Below are positions 1 to 9,272 of a DNA stretch of 39,893 bases, in pieces (position 1 is the first letter of the stretch; every line of letters begins with the position of its first letter). The stretch comes from a virus, in UHGV virus genome UHGV-1364246. One strand, 5' to 3'. Position numbers and translations under genes: made by a program. The notes below the pieces were generated by a model. The model was not told the origin of the DNA and did no database searches. It was given only the letters and a program-made list of their open reading frames with translations.

Positions 1-1019
1 GCGCCAGCCGCTTCAGGACGCAGACCACCATGACCCATAGCGTATTTACCAACAATCAGGTCGCCCTGAGCATCGACGTCACGGTCACGTTCCAGCGCCA
101 AGTCACGCAGCTTCACAGTACCCACAGCAGAACGGTGAGAGAACAGACCCACAACGTTGTCCATAGCAACTTTAACGTCGCCAGTAGCAGTTGCCGGGAA
201 TGCGTGTTTCTGACCGGAAGCAATAGTGATACCATCTTCACCACGAGTCTCACCAGCGCCACCTTGTACCAGATGCGGAACTTCAACAACAACGAAGCCC
301 ATCACGTTACGGATGTTACCAGTCTCTGGGTCAATCAGCGCAGCATAGTTAGCAGCGTTAGGCATCAGAGCAGCAAGGATTGCAGAGTAGTTGTCCGGCG
401 TGGTGTAGAAGTAACGGTCGCCAGCAGGAACGTAGTTGGAGGTCAGCTTCGCACGAGCAATGGTCAGTTGACCAATGATTGCTTCACCCAGTTTAGCTGG
501 GGTGTCGAGGTCAGCTTTCTTACCTACTTCAAGTACGGACGCAGTGCCCAGACCAGCAATGTTCTCGTTGGATGCAGCCGGGAGGTTACACAGGATAGCC
601 ATTTCAGCCAGAACCGCACCATCGGCAGCGATAGCCAGAGCTTCACCCAACTGGTTGGAATACTCGCCAGCCACGTCATAGTGGTTCATCGCGTCTTCAA
701 TGTCGAAAATCATCACATCGGCAGTCAGCAGACCATCAATGGTAATCACTTTCTCGGTATGTTTGATACCTTTACGTTTATCGGACAGTCGCTCACCCGG
801 AGCCAGATACACACCAGAGGTGCGACCCATGACCGGGAACTGAGCAGACTTACCGTTCTGAATGGTACGGACAATATGCTTGTCAGCAGTTACAGAGCGG
901 CGAGTGAATGCGGTCAGGACTTCACCAGCAAATACCTTCAGGAACAACGCCAGAGCGTCGGAACTGGATTTGCCTTTACCTTGGTCTGTACCAATTTTCT
1001 GACCCGGAACGTTTGCCAT
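1..1019 (-). CDS. Major capsid protein (gene 10A), N-terminal 339 codons; ORF runs off the window start and continues at 39893
   Basis: Minus-strand ATG at 1017-1019 with AGGAGA 8 nt upstream; translation MANVPGQKIGTDQGKGKSS...LFLKVFAGEVLTAF...KYAMGHGGLRPEAAGA closely matches recalled T7 gp10. Absent from the ORF track because no stop lies in this segment. Confidence 0.9.
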   Translation of the reverse strand, partial: MANVPGQKIGTDQGKGKSSSDALALFLKVFAGEVLTAFTRRSVTADKHIVRTIQNGKSAQFPVMGRTSGVYLAPGERLSDKRKGIKHTEKVITIDGLLTADVMIFDIEDAMNHYDVAGEYSNQLGEALAIAADGAVLAEMAILCNLPAASNENIAGLGTASVLEVGKKADLDTPAKLGEAIIGQLTIARAKLTSNYVPAGDRYFYTTPDNYSAILAALMPNAANYAALIDPETGNIRNVMGFVVVEVPHLVQGGAGETRGEDGITIASGQKHAFPATATGDVKVAMDNVVGLFSHRSAVGTVKLRDLALERDRDVDAQGDLIVGKYAMGHGGLRPEAAG

Positions 1020-1121
1020 ATGATAATTCTCCTATTCAATTGAAAGATAAAGTTTATTACTTGCTGTACGCCCAATCCGTATGGACTGAAGTAATAGGGA
1101 AACCTTGAGTCTGTCTCTTGG

Positions 1122-1144
1122 TCTCCCTATAGTGATAGTTTAGT
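1122..1144 (-). promoter_or_regulatory. Phage RNAP promoter upstream of capsid gene (phi10-like, late class, GGGAGA start)
   Basis: Minus-sense CTAAACTATCACTATAGGGAGA; predicted +1 at 1127. Confidence 0.8.
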
Positions 1145-1145
1145 C

Positions 1146-2030
1146 CTACAGGCTCGATGCAGCTACCTTAGCGCGAACTTCCATCGTGTATTTAGCGTCA
1201 CGCAGGTATCGCGGGTCACTCATAGCCTTAATCATGTCAGACTTGGAGCTGAATGCTTCGGTCTGAGGAGCCTTAGGTGCTACCACAGGTTTAGCCTGAG
1301 TGGTGATGGTACGCTGAGGTTTAACACCTACAGCTTTACCCAGAGTCTTGCCAGCCAGATTCAGCAGAGCTTTGGTAGTCGCAATGTCCTTACGAACGAT
1401 AGCAGCTTCCAGTGCCTCACGAGTTGACGGGTCGGTTGACTCAAGGTGAGAAAGGATGCGGTTAAACTGTTCAGCTCCACCAGCGTAGCGAACCACTCCA
1501 GCAGCATACTGTTCAGCCAGTGCTTCCTGACCACGGACAAACGAATCTACGAAACGCTTGGTGTAACCTGCTTCCTGCAACTTAGCGTAGGATGCGTCAG
1601 ACAGCTTACCGTCCTTGGCGTATTCAGCCTTGATAGCGGTAATTTCATCAGCAGTGACCTTGCCAGCTTCCACAGCAGAAGACACCATGTCGTCGAATGC
1701 AGCTTCGTTTTCATCCAGAGCGGTGACACTTTCGGTCAGCTCTTTCGGTGCATCACCCAGTTCGATGAACTCAGGCTGCTCACCATCGTTCTCAGACTCT
1801 TCGTCATCGGACTCGTGGTCTTCTTCACCTTCAGCCTCTTCGACGTTCTCGTCTTCTTCGGTCGCCTCTTCGTTTTCGGCTTCCAGTTGCTTGAAGGTAA
1901 TAGCGTCGTCACCATCACGAACAGCTACGTCCTGTTCAAGCATAGACTTTTGGTGTTCGTTCAGGTCCTCAACGGAACCAGTGATTGCATTAGAGCTAAC
2001 GCCGAACTCGGCATAAACTGATTGAGACAT
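1146..2030 (-). CDS. Scaffolding protein (gp9-like), acidic
   Basis: ATG at 2028-2030 with AAGGAGA upstream; MSQSVYAEFGV... aligns with the T7 gp9 N-terminus; highly acidic; C-terminal MIKAMSDPRY motif conserved. The ORF-track start at 2069 is a GTG extension. Confidence 0.85.
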   Translation of the reverse strand: MSQSVYAEFGVSSNAITGSVEDLNEHQKSMLEQDVAVRDGDDAITFKQLEAENEEATEEDENVEEAEGEEDHESDDEESENDGEQPEFIELGDAPKELTESVTALDENEAAFDDMVSSAVEAGKVTADEITAIKAEYAKDGKLSDASYAKLQEAGYTKRFVDSFVRGQEALAEQYAAGVVRYAGGAEQFNRILSHLESTDPSTREALEAAIVRKDIATTKALLNLAGKTLGKAVGVKPQRTITTQAKPVVAPKAPQTEAFSSKSDMIKAMSDPRYLRDAKYTMEVRAKVAASSL

Positions 2031-2060
2031 TGAGTCGTTCTCCTTTAAGTCGTTAATAGG

Positions 2061-2157
2061 TAGAGCCACTCAAAGTGGGACTTACTGTAGGATGACTTAG
2101 GCTAAATACCCACGGTCATTGTGTGCGCTACAGTAAGTCCCACTTTGAGTGGCTCTA
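2061..2157. repeat. 30-bp perfect inverted repeat (arms 2061-2090 and 2128-2157, 37-nt loop) in the gene 9 leader
   Basis: tagagccactcaaagtgggacttactgtag is the exact reverse complement of ctacagtaagtcccactttgagtggctcta. Confidence 0.9.
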
Positions 2158-2159
2158 GT

Positions 2160-2182
2160 TGTTCCTATAGTGATAGTTTAGG
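2160..2182 (-). promoter_or_regulatory. Phage RNAP promoter (phi9-like), overlapping the portal stop codon
   Basis: Minus-sense CTAAACTATCACTATAGGAACA; the TAA of the portal gene is the first three bases of the TAAAC block. Confidence 0.75.
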
Positions 2183-3746
2183 CTTGAGCCATGTCCTCAC
2201 CAGCTACTTGTCCAACAGTAGCGCCCATGTTAGCACCAGCAGCAGACGCACCGTTGACCACAGCTCCTTGAGCGGATTGTTCTGCCATACGTTGCAACTT
2301 CTCGTCCTGAGTCAGCAGCAAACCGGCAGTGTCAATACCTAAGGCATTCAGCAGTCGCAGCTTCAGGGTAGGCAAGTTAATGTCTGGGTCCTGTTGCAGA
2401 GGCTGTAGCCCGGTCATCATGTTTACTGCCTGAGTCAGCTTCTCTAAGTCTTGACCACGACCTAACGCTTCCAGACCAGTGGATACCGTAGGCTCTACTG
2501 CTTCTTTCGGAAGGTCAGGAATCATGCCAGCAGACTGAAGCTGGTTCATCAGTACACGGACGATAGGTAACTGAAGCTCTTGTGACTGCACTGAGTACAC
2601 GCCACCTAAGGTCGCCTCCAGTTCGCCAGCAACATAACGAATCTCTTCAGCAGTGACTCGCTCGGCATTACGCTGAACAGCACTATTAAGAAGGAAGGCC
2701 CAACCTAAACGTTGCTCGATAGCGTCAGCCACCGACTTAGCAATCGTAAAGTCCTGACCTTTCGTCAGTTGCAGGAAGTTGATGTCCTCAACTCGACCAG
2801 CCACGAACTCACCTGTAGCCGCCTTGTTCAGACGTCTAGGTTGCGTGATACCGTTCGGGTTAACGAGGCCCACCACCTTGGAGGCTACCTTAGCCATTTT
2901 GGTGATAGCTTCTGTAATCGTCTCCAGCGAGTTCAGGTCTCCCAGATACTCCTCGCAGTAAGAACGACCGTAGTCTTCACCATCCAGTCGAACCATTCGT
3001 ACCGGGATGTATGGACATGCAGTCAGCGGGTAGGAACCATCGGTCCCTGCCACCTCAATACCTTCCACTTCCTCGTAGCGAAGATACTCGTCGTCCTGAC
3101 GGTAGATGTGCGTATACACTTCAAGCTCGGTGTCAGGCTCATAGTCGTCTGCGTTGAGTTGAGACTTCACGTCTTCCGGTAGAGCACTAAACGCTACCTT
3201 GTCGAGAGTCACAATCTGCAAGATGTTACCGAACGCATCACGTTGAACAACGTAAGACACTAAGCGGTACATTCGCATTGGACTGTAGGTTCCTTGTTCT
3301 GGAGGAGGGATGTAGAGCAGACAGTTACCTGAGACGATAAGCTGCTTCAAAGCCTCAAACAATGGGACACGGAAACTGTTAGTCTCCATGTAGGCCATCA
3401 ACACACGCTCGACCATAGCCAGCCCTTCGTCAACACGAGCAGCCGCCTCTGAGTCCTGACTCAAGGTCTTGGCCTCATATTCGGAGACTGTCAGTCGCAT
3501 CCACGGTGACTGAGGGAATAACGCCAACATCAGCTTTGCAGCCAAGTTGTTCAAGCAGCGAGCACCCACAGCTTGCCACGGCGTCACGTATTCCGTAGAC
3601 GAGTTGTCGGACTCCTTAGGAAACAGTGACGGGATAGTGACAGCCGCACAGTTCTGAGCGCGCGTCTCATATGGCTGTCTACCGTTCTTCAGTCTGTCAT
3701 AAACTGCCTTCGCGCCTTCAGCAGCAAATCCTTCACGTTCAGCCAT
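2178..3746 (-). CDS. Portal (head-to-tail connector) protein, gp8-like
   Basis: 522 aa; MAEREGFAAEGAKAVYDRLKNGRQPYETRAQNCA... closely matches recalled T7 gp8. Confidence 0.9.
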   Translation of the reverse strand: MAEREGFAAEGAKAVYDRLKNGRQPYETRAQNCAAVTIPSLFPKESDNSSTEYVTPWQAVGARCLNNLAAKLMLALFPQSPWMRLTVSEYEAKTLSQDSEAAARVDEGLAMVERVLMAYMETNSFRVPLFEALKQLIVSGNCLLYIPPPEQGTYSPMRMYRLVSYVVQRDAFGNILQIVTLDKVAFSALPEDVKSQLNADDYEPDTELEVYTHIYRQDDEYLRYEEVEGIEVAGTDGSYPLTACPYIPVRMVRLDGEDYGRSYCEEYLGDLNSLETITEAITKMAKVASKVVGLVNPNGITQPRRLNKAATGEFVAGRVEDINFLQLTKGQDFTIAKSVADAIEQRLGWAFLLNSAVQRNAERVTAEEIRYVAGELEATLGGVYSVQSQELQLPIVRVLMNQLQSAGMIPDLPKEAVEPTVSTGLEALGRGQDLEKLTQAVNMMTGLQPLQQDPDINLPTLKLRLLNALGIDTAGLLLTQDEKLQRMAEQSAQGAVVNGASAAGANMGATVGQVAGEDMAQA

Positions 3747-4149
3747 CTACGTGCCTCCATGTTTTACCTGTTAATACGTCAGACAGCGTTCTCCTGGCTA
3801 CTCCCGGATATGCAGAGGTAAGCTCTGTCGCTGTTAGCCCTGACTTTCGTATGGACTTAACATCTTCGGTTGTTAGCTTGGAGTTGTAATGGCTGTCACT
3901 ATGTGGAGCGTTCTTTCTACCTTTGGAAACACAGTCTACCATGTTATCGCTATAAGTACCAACGCTCAGGTGTTCGGGATTGACGCATAGTCTATTGTCG
4001 CAGGAGTGCATCACCACTAGACCTTCTGGTATGGGACCTTTGTGTTTTAGGTAGGACACTACATGCGCTCCACGTAGCTTACCTGCATACCACTTCAGTC
4101 CATATCCAGCATTATTTACGCAGCCCTTATGCAGTATGCAGTCTGTCAT
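3739..4149 (-). CDS. HNH endonuclease (T7 gene 7.7 position)
   Basis: 136 aa; HKGPIPEGLVVMHSCDNRLCVNPEHL HNH motif. Confidence 0.7.
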   Translation of the reverse strand: MTDCILHKGCVNNAGYGLKWYAGKLRGAHVVSYLKHKGPIPEGLVVMHSCDNRLCVNPEHLSVGTYSDNMVDCVSKGRKNAPHSDSHYNSKLTTEDVKSIRKSGLTATELTSAYPGVARRTLSDVLTGKTWRHVDG

Positions 4150-4394
4150 ATAGAAATACCGCCACCAGAGGTGCGAGAGACCTGAAGGCTACGCTTACCG
4201 GAACGCTTCACTTTCTTCTCGTCAGATGCGGTCGATTCAGTATCCACATCCTCCACTTTGTCGTTCGGTACTTCCACTGGTGCTGCTGGGGTCTGAGCCT
4301 CAACAACCTTAGGCGCATCGTCAGAGCCAAGACCAACGGTCCCTAGCGTACTTTTCACCACTTTCTTGAAGGCCTTACTGATTGATTTACCCAC
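4146..4394 (-). CDS. Tail assembly / virion protein gp7.3-like
   Basis: 82 aa; MGKSISKAFKK...KRSLQVSRTSGGGISI resembles T7 gp7.3 at both ends. Confidence 0.7.
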   Translation of the reverse strand: MGKSISKAFKKVVKSTLGTVGLGSDDAPKVVEAQTPAAPVEVPNDKVEDVDTESTASDEKKVKRSGKRSLQVSRTSGGGISI

Positions 4395-4791
4395 GGTTAA
4401 TCTCCTTAGTTGTTACGATGTCTACCGACCCTGAAACATGCTTGACACGAGAATACCAGCCAAGACCCCAACGCTTGCACTCTTCGTCTATGATGTGTCT
4501 GACAGTCTCAAGAACCTTGCGGGAGGACTGCGAGTCACGACGAATAGCGACGATTGAAAGGTCAAGACCGGGAGTCGGTCGGTGCCAAGATGCGGTAGCC
4601 AGCATGTAGAGATACGCTACTGGTTGACCTGAGACATCGTAGATTGTGTACTCTTCACCGCCGAACTCGTCAGCCATACGGTAAGTATGAGCCTTGAAGT
4701 CCTCGAATGACTTGAAGTTAGACTGCCCGTCTTCCCAGAGGCGACAGGCGCACATGTGGCGACCTTCGCGTGAGTTGAGATATGGTAGCAT
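4387..4791 (-). CDS. gp7-position protein (virion/host-range protein in T7), function uncertain
   Basis: 134 aa ORF in syntenic position between 6.7 and 7.3. Confidence 0.45.
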   Translation of the reverse strand: MLPYLNSREGRHMCACRLWEDGQSNFKSFEDFKAHTYRMADEFGGEEYTIYDVSGQPVAYLYMLATASWHRPTPGLDLSIVAIRRDSQSSRKVLETVRHIIDEECKRWGLGWYSRVKHVSGSVDIVTTKEINRG

Positions 4792-4795
4792 TGTC

Positions 4796-5020
4796 TTACC
4801 CCATGTTTACGCCAGAGGCTCGCATGGCGCGGCTCACTGACGATTTATCTTTTGGTGCAGACTCCTTCTTAACCTTAAGGTCTTTGATACCTTTGGTCTC
4901 GTTTGTGTCTACGTCTGACTCAGCCCCGATGTCAACTGACGCAACTTCCTCACTCAGAGGTGCTGGTTCAGGTGCTTGGACCGAAGGCTTCGGAGTGCTA
5001 ATCTTTGGACTGAAACACAT
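4796..5020 (-). CDS. gp6.7-like small virion protein
   Basis: 74 aa; starts MCFSPKI... like T7 gp6.7; Ser/Lys/acidic-rich. Confidence 0.65.
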   Translation of the reverse strand: MCFSPKISTPKPSVQAPEPAPLSEEVASVDIGAESDVDTNETKGIKDLKVKKESAPKDKSSVSRAMRASGVNMG

Positions 5021-5034
5021 AGTCCCTCCTACAG

Positions 5035-5307
5035 TTAATCGAACTGAACGGTATCTTTCAGCTCACGACGCATAGCGATTGCAGAGTCGAGAGTGTCAGA
5101 ACAATACTGGAGACCCTTGATGAACCCGGCGATGAACGCATCGCTGTAGCCTTGCTGCTTGAGGAGACTGATAGCTCCCATCTTCTCAGCGTAACTTGCG
5201 TTGAACAATACGTGCAGGAACTGGATGGCAGACTGGGAGATGTTAGGGACATCAAGTCTTTCTTCCTGTAACTGCTTAACAACGTTTTCAATAGCATTAA
5301 TCGCCAT
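5035..5307 (-). CDS. gp6.5-position protein
   Basis: 90 aa ORF immediately downstream of a late-type promoter; syntenic with T7 6.5. Confidence 0.5.
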   Translation of the reverse strand: MAINAIENVVKQLQEERLDVPNISQSAIQFLHVLFNASYAEKMGAISLLKQQGYSDAFIAGFIKGLQYCSDTLDSAIAMRRELKDTVQFD

Positions 5308-5368
5308 CTTGAATCTCCTCTTTAAGTTAAGACTAAAGTCTATCTTATAGTCATATCTTAGGTCCTAA

Positions 5369-5391
5369 AGTCCCTATAGTGATAGTTTAGT
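5369..5391 (-). promoter_or_regulatory. Phage RNAP promoter (phi6.5-like, GGGACT start)
   Basis: Minus-sense CTAAACTATCACTATAGGGACT. Confidence 0.8.
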
Positions 5392-5517
5392 GTTTCACCT
5401 ATGGATGACTATTGGATTGATAGGATATGACTATCGGTTAGACTCAGTGTTTAGGACGGTTGTTCGACCCGAACCACTTGTACATGCAGTAAAGGGCCAG
5501 AAGTCCGGCCCAGTATA

Positions 5518-6384
5518 TTACATGGATGGTGTCCACAGGATGACCTCCTTGGACTTAGGGTCGTAGTCGGAGGCTCGGCAAATACGAGCGACCTGAGCTT
5601 GGACCAGAAGTTCCTCCTCGGTCATCCCAGCTTTATCAGCCAGAGTCACCATGCAGTCCCACAGCGTCATGTCGTCACGCTTTGGATACTTCTTCCACTC
5701 AGTCTTAATTTTGCCTTTGTTCTTACCAGTCTTAAGCTCACGGCTCTCCTGCACGAAGTAGTACGGCTCGTCAAGGAACGCACGAGTGGTATCCTCACCC
5801 ATCCCCGGAATGCCACCGTAGCCATCTGTAGTGTCACCCTTGATGGTTTGCTCCATGTGCCAGTAGTCTGCCTCAGCAGTAGTATGACTCAGAATTTCAC
5901 CAGTGGTTAACCAGAAGAACTCACAGTTCGGGATGGTCTTGAAGTCCTTATCGCAGGATACCAGCACCGCATGGTCACAGCCAACAATCTGAGGTCTGGT
6001 CCCTATGATACCCATACAGTCATCACCCTCAAGCGTAGGACGTAGGAAGCTGTTGAACCGGGGGTCAGCCATCACTTCGGCTACGAACTTCTTGTAACCT
6101 ACAGGCTTGCGAGAACCTTTACGGTTAGCCTTATAGGTCGGTAATATTGACTTGCGCCAGTTCACGTCATCGGTGAAGCACATCACAATCTTAGCGTCTT
6201 TCCACGCCTTGCGTTTCTTAACGATTTCAGCGATGGTGTTCTCAAGGATACGACGCGCCTTGGCGTGGTCACAAATCAGAGTATAAATATCATCGCCCCA
6301 ATCGGTCTCATCCTCAGCCGCAGCCATAGAAGAGAATACCAGATAGTCACCATCCAGAACCAGAGCTATCTTCTTGTCAGACAT
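5518..6384 (-). CDS. 5'-3' exonuclease (gp6-like, FEN family)
   Basis: 288 aa; LDGDYLVF...NWRK...YKANRK...DGYGGIPGMGE matches recalled T7 gp6. Confidence 0.9.
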   Translation of the reverse strand: MSDKKIALVLDGDYLVFSSMAAAEDETDWGDDIYTLICDHAKARRILENTIAEIVKKRKAWKDAKIVMCFTDDVNWRKSILPTYKANRKGSRKPVGYKKFVAEVMADPRFNSFLRPTLEGDDCMGIIGTRPQIVGCDHAVLVSCDKDFKTIPNCEFFWLTTGEILSHTTAEADYWHMEQTIKGDTTDGYGGIPGMGEDTTRAFLDEPYYFVQESRELKTGKNKGKIKTEWKKYPKRDDMTLWDCMVTLADKAGMTEEELLVQAQVARICRASDYDPKSKEVILWTPSM

Positions 6385-6602
6385 TACGCCTCCTCAACGA
6401 TACACACTGAAGAGAATGCACGTACCGTCTCGACTTCCTCGGCAGCTCCTTTCCAGCGAATAAATGTCTTATGCTTGATGGCTACCGTCTTAGGCATTAC
6501 CCGGACGACTTCGCCTATACACATTGCGTATGATTTTCCAGCAAGACAGAAAGCAACCTTATGTCCTACCTTAAGTTCGCGTCCTGATACGTCTTGATTC
6601 AT
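6384..6602 (-). CDS. Hypothetical 72-aa basic protein at the gp5.9 locus (not homologous to T7 gp5.9)
   Basis: ATG at 6600-6602 overlaps the gp5.7 stop (ATGA); its stop overlaps the gp6 start (TAATG). MNQDVSGRELKVGHKVAFCLAGK... Confidence 0.5.
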   Translation of the reverse strand: MNQDVSGRELKVGHKVAFCLAGKSYAMCIGEVVRVMPKTVAIKHKTFIRWKGAAEEVETVRAFSSVCIVEEA

Positions 6603-6808
6603 AGACAGCCTCCGTGTTGGTTCAGGAACTTGGTGCCAGCAGCGGTAATCTCCCACGCACCGTTGTTACGCCCGTCCATAGACAGGCAGCTAAGATGTCC
6701 ACGACTCGCAGCCTCAGCCACAAGTGCAGCGTTGTTGCGCACATAGTTTGACTGAAAGGTCTTCGGGCAGGACTTAAGGGCCGCAAGGACCCGAAGGTAT
6801 TCACTCAT
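6599..6808 (-). CDS. gp5.7-like protein
   Basis: 69 aa; MSEYLRVLAALKSCPKTFQSNYVRNNAALVAEAASRGHLSCLSM... resembles T7 gp5.7. Confidence 0.7.
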   Translation of the reverse strand: MSEYLRVLAALKSCPKTFQSNYVRNNAALVAEAASRGHLSCLSMDGRNNGAWEITAAGTKFLNQHGGCL

Positions 6809-7104
6809 TGCTTGAACCTCACAGTAGCTGGTGAGACACTGAAGAACTCTGCGTCTGAATACTCCTGTACAGCCTCTTTAATCATTGACCGGAAGCTGTC
6901 ACGCAGAATAAACTCAATCACTGCGTCCATACCTTCCGTCAGCCACAGGGTCAGCATATGGCGCTGCTTAGCGTCTGGATTGATTTCACCTGAGTGAACG
7001 CCTTTAGCCAGATCTCGCAGACCCTTAATGATGAATTCCTCTTGGTCTGTAGGAAGTACAGCCTTAAGGTTGAAACTTACGATAGCGCGTTTGGTCATAG
7101 CCAT
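6805..7104 (-). CDS. gp5.5-like protein (H-NS-binding protein in T7)
   Basis: ATG at 7102-7104 (TAATG overlap with DNAP stop, AAGGAG upstream); MAMTKRAIVSFN...SPATV resembles T7 gp5.5. The ORF-track start at 7122 is an extension. Confidence 0.75.
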   Translation of the reverse strand: MAMTKRAIVSFNLKAVLPTDQEEFIIKGLRDLAKGVHSGEINPDAKQRHMLTLWLTEGMDAVIEFILRDSFRSMIKEAVQEYSDAEFFSVSPATVRFKQ

Positions 7105-9272
7105 TAGTGACACTCCTTCCACGTTGGTCCAATCTTACCTTCGGTATCAAGGACACATTTAAAGTTATAGAACTCACCCACCTTACGCATAGCAAGTTGA
7201 GCAATCCTGCGAATATCTTCGGCAATCTCCATGTTCCGAGCTGCAATCTGCAATTCGTCGTGGACCCATGCCATGTACGCAAAGTCTCCTTCCCAGCCGT
7301 GGACATACCCGGCCTCTTCGAGCATACGTTCAGTCTCTACAATCCAGTGCTTACAGACTACCGCACCATCGCCCTGAAGTAATGCGTTCAGTGCTGAGTG
7401 TGGAGACCGTATGTGGATACGTCGACCATCAAGTCCACGCAACCAACGGCGTTTCCACTTAACGATGTTCTCACCATCTACCCACTTAGAGTCTGATATT
7501 AACGTATTACTCACAGCTTCCCTGAGGTCCTTGATGGCTGGTGTACCCTCAATGAATTTCTTCATGAGAGCTGAACCTTCCTTCTTACCACCGCCGACTA
7601 TCAGTCCAATCTTAGCGGCCCCTGCACCATACAGGAACGCATAGATGAACGTCTTAGCGTTGTTGCGGAAAGCATCATGGTCGTGGCTCGACTTATCGCG
7701 TGGGACGTTAGGTGCTAACCCAGCGTTGACTGCGTTTGCCCAGTGGATGTCACCTTCGACTACAGTCTTCGCATATGCACCACCATCAAACGGAGCCGCT
7801 CGGTTCCCTAGACAACGAAGCTCAAGACCTGAAGCATCCACGCCTACTTGAATCCAAGGGTCTGGCTTGCCATCCTTCTTGTTCCACGCTGCACCGAAAG
7901 CACCACGGCAAGTCTCACCATATGGAGCACCGTTAGCCGGGACCTGAGCCATGTTTGGTGAGCTATGGGTCGCACGTCCTGTTACTGCACCACAAGGGTT
8001 GATTGAACCGTGCATACGTCCGTCTGGACCCACAAGTTTCAACCATGCGTTCTTACCTTCAGCAGCCTGACCGATGCGCTTCTGGACCACAAGATACTCA
8101 CGGACCAACTCTACACAAGCCTGAGCCTCTGCGTCTGGTAACTTAACGTGTTCTAACGTCTCGTCATCGACTACAGGTTTCCCAGTGTCAGTGAAGTCCA
8201 CAGGCTCCCAACCACGCTCCATCAGGACTTTCGCTAAGTGGTCTCCGCTTCCCGGATTAAATTCAACGTAAGTGATTGGCGTGAATGGTGCTCCCTCCAT
8301 CGTGTCTCGCGTATCGAGTTCACAAGGTTCGAGACCTAATCGTTGAGCTTTGTTCTTCGGCTTCTTAAAGATGCCACCGACCTTAGGATACACGACCCTC
8401 GGATACTTCGGAAGGTCCTTACCTGTCCGTGGATGCCTGAAGAACTCCTTGCCTCCCTTTGGTGCATACCAGCTACCGAAAGTAGAGCGCAGCTTGTCCA
8501 GTAACTCCGCACGTTTGACAGTGAGTTCACGATATAAGCCTTCGACCATCTCGGTGTTCATCGGATAGCCGTTACGCTCCATCTTCGCACAGGTCCACGC
8601 AGCATCATGTTCCAGACGCAACGCATAAATCTGTTCGAAAGCGAACTGTTCAGACTGGAAGTAATACTTGTCAGTCAGGAACTTCTTGAACAATGCCAGT
8701 GTGACCACAACGTCCTGAACGTTATAGTCCAGCATCTCCTGAGACGGGAACAACCATTCGTCCCCAGCCTTATATTCGATACCTTCGGCCTTGCACTTGG
8801 CAACGTAATCGTGTTTGTACTCACCCTTCATCTCACCGAGACGATAGCCCCAAGCCTCAAGAGACTGGCGTCCCATCATCTTAGGCGGCAGACGTCCAGC
8901 TTTCACCGCGCCTATGTCTGAGAACTTAATGTTGGGATACATCAAGCGGCCCAGCACCAAGGTATCAATCATCTTGTGTTTCGGGAAGTTAAATCGTTTC
9001 CCAAAGTACAGACGTTTCAGCTTGTCAATAGCCGGGACGTCATAGTTGATACCATTGTGGAATACCAGCATACCATCAGGTGATGCGGCAATCTCTTCCA
9101 CTTTATGAACATACTCTTTGAAGCCACCGACGATACCAACCATCGGAGCTACCCCATACTTAAGGGTCTCATTCGACTCGGCGTTAATCAGGACCCCGCA
9201 GTGGAACTGGGAGACTGTATCAAGGAGACCGTTGGTCTCGATGTCAGACCCATATACGTTACTTAAGTCCAT
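7104..9272 (-). CDS. DNA polymerase (gp5-like, family A with 3'-5' exonuclease)
   Basis: 722 aa; MDLSNVYGSDIETNGLL... exo motif; syntenic; size close to T7 gp5. Confidence 0.92.
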   Translation of the reverse strand: MDLSNVYGSDIETNGLLDTVSQFHCGVLINAESNETLKYGVAPMVGIVGGFKEYVHKVEEIAASPDGMLVFHNGINYDVPAIDKLKRLYFGKRFNFPKHKMIDTLVLGRLMYPNIKFSDIGAVKAGRLPPKMMGRQSLEAWGYRLGEMKGEYKHDYVAKCKAEGIEYKAGDEWLFPSQEMLDYNVQDVVVTLALFKKFLTDKYYFQSEQFAFEQIYALRLEHDAAWTCAKMERNGYPMNTEMVEGLYRELTVKRAELLDKLRSTFGSWYAPKGGKEFFRHPRTGKDLPKYPRVVYPKVGGIFKKPKNKAQRLGLEPCELDTRDTMEGAPFTPITYVEFNPGSGDHLAKVLMERGWEPVDFTDTGKPVVDDETLEHVKLPDAEAQACVELVREYLVVQKRIGQAAEGKNAWLKLVGPDGRMHGSINPCGAVTGRATHSSPNMAQVPANGAPYGETCRGAFGAAWNKKDGKPDPWIQVGVDASGLELRCLGNRAAPFDGGAYAKTVVEGDIHWANAVNAGLAPNVPRDKSSHDHDAFRNNAKTFIYAFLYGAGAAKIGLIVGGGKKEGSALMKKFIEGTPAIKDLREAVSNTLISDSKWVDGENIVKWKRRWLRGLDGRRIHIRSPHSALNALLQGDGAVVCKHWIVETERMLEEAGYVHGWEGDFAYMAWVHDELQIAARNMEIAEDIRRIAQLAMRKVGEFYNFKCVLDTEGKIGPTWKECH

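Noticed and set aside
30-1043. 337-aa plus-strand ORF in the ORF track, together with 475..681 and 908..1108
   Set aside because: Antisense to the major capsid gene, whose minus-strand translation matches T7 gp10 closely; no SD; the plus-strand product has no recognisable features.
1446-2021. Plus-strand ORFs of 191 and 133 aa (Ser-rich) opposite the scaffold gene
   Set aside because: Mirror-image artefacts of the acidic minus-strand scaffold gene; no genes are convincingly encoded on the plus strand anywhere in the window.
2031-2069. N-terminal extension of the scaffold ORF in the track (start at 2069)
   Set aside because: Begins at a GTG inside the inverted repeat; the ATG at 2028-2030 has a proper SD and aligns with the T7 gp9 N-terminus.
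7105-7122. N-terminal extension of the gp5.5 ORF (start at 7122)
   Set aside because: The ATG at 7102-7104 gives MAMTK..., matching T7 gp5.5, and is coupled to the DNAP stop codon.
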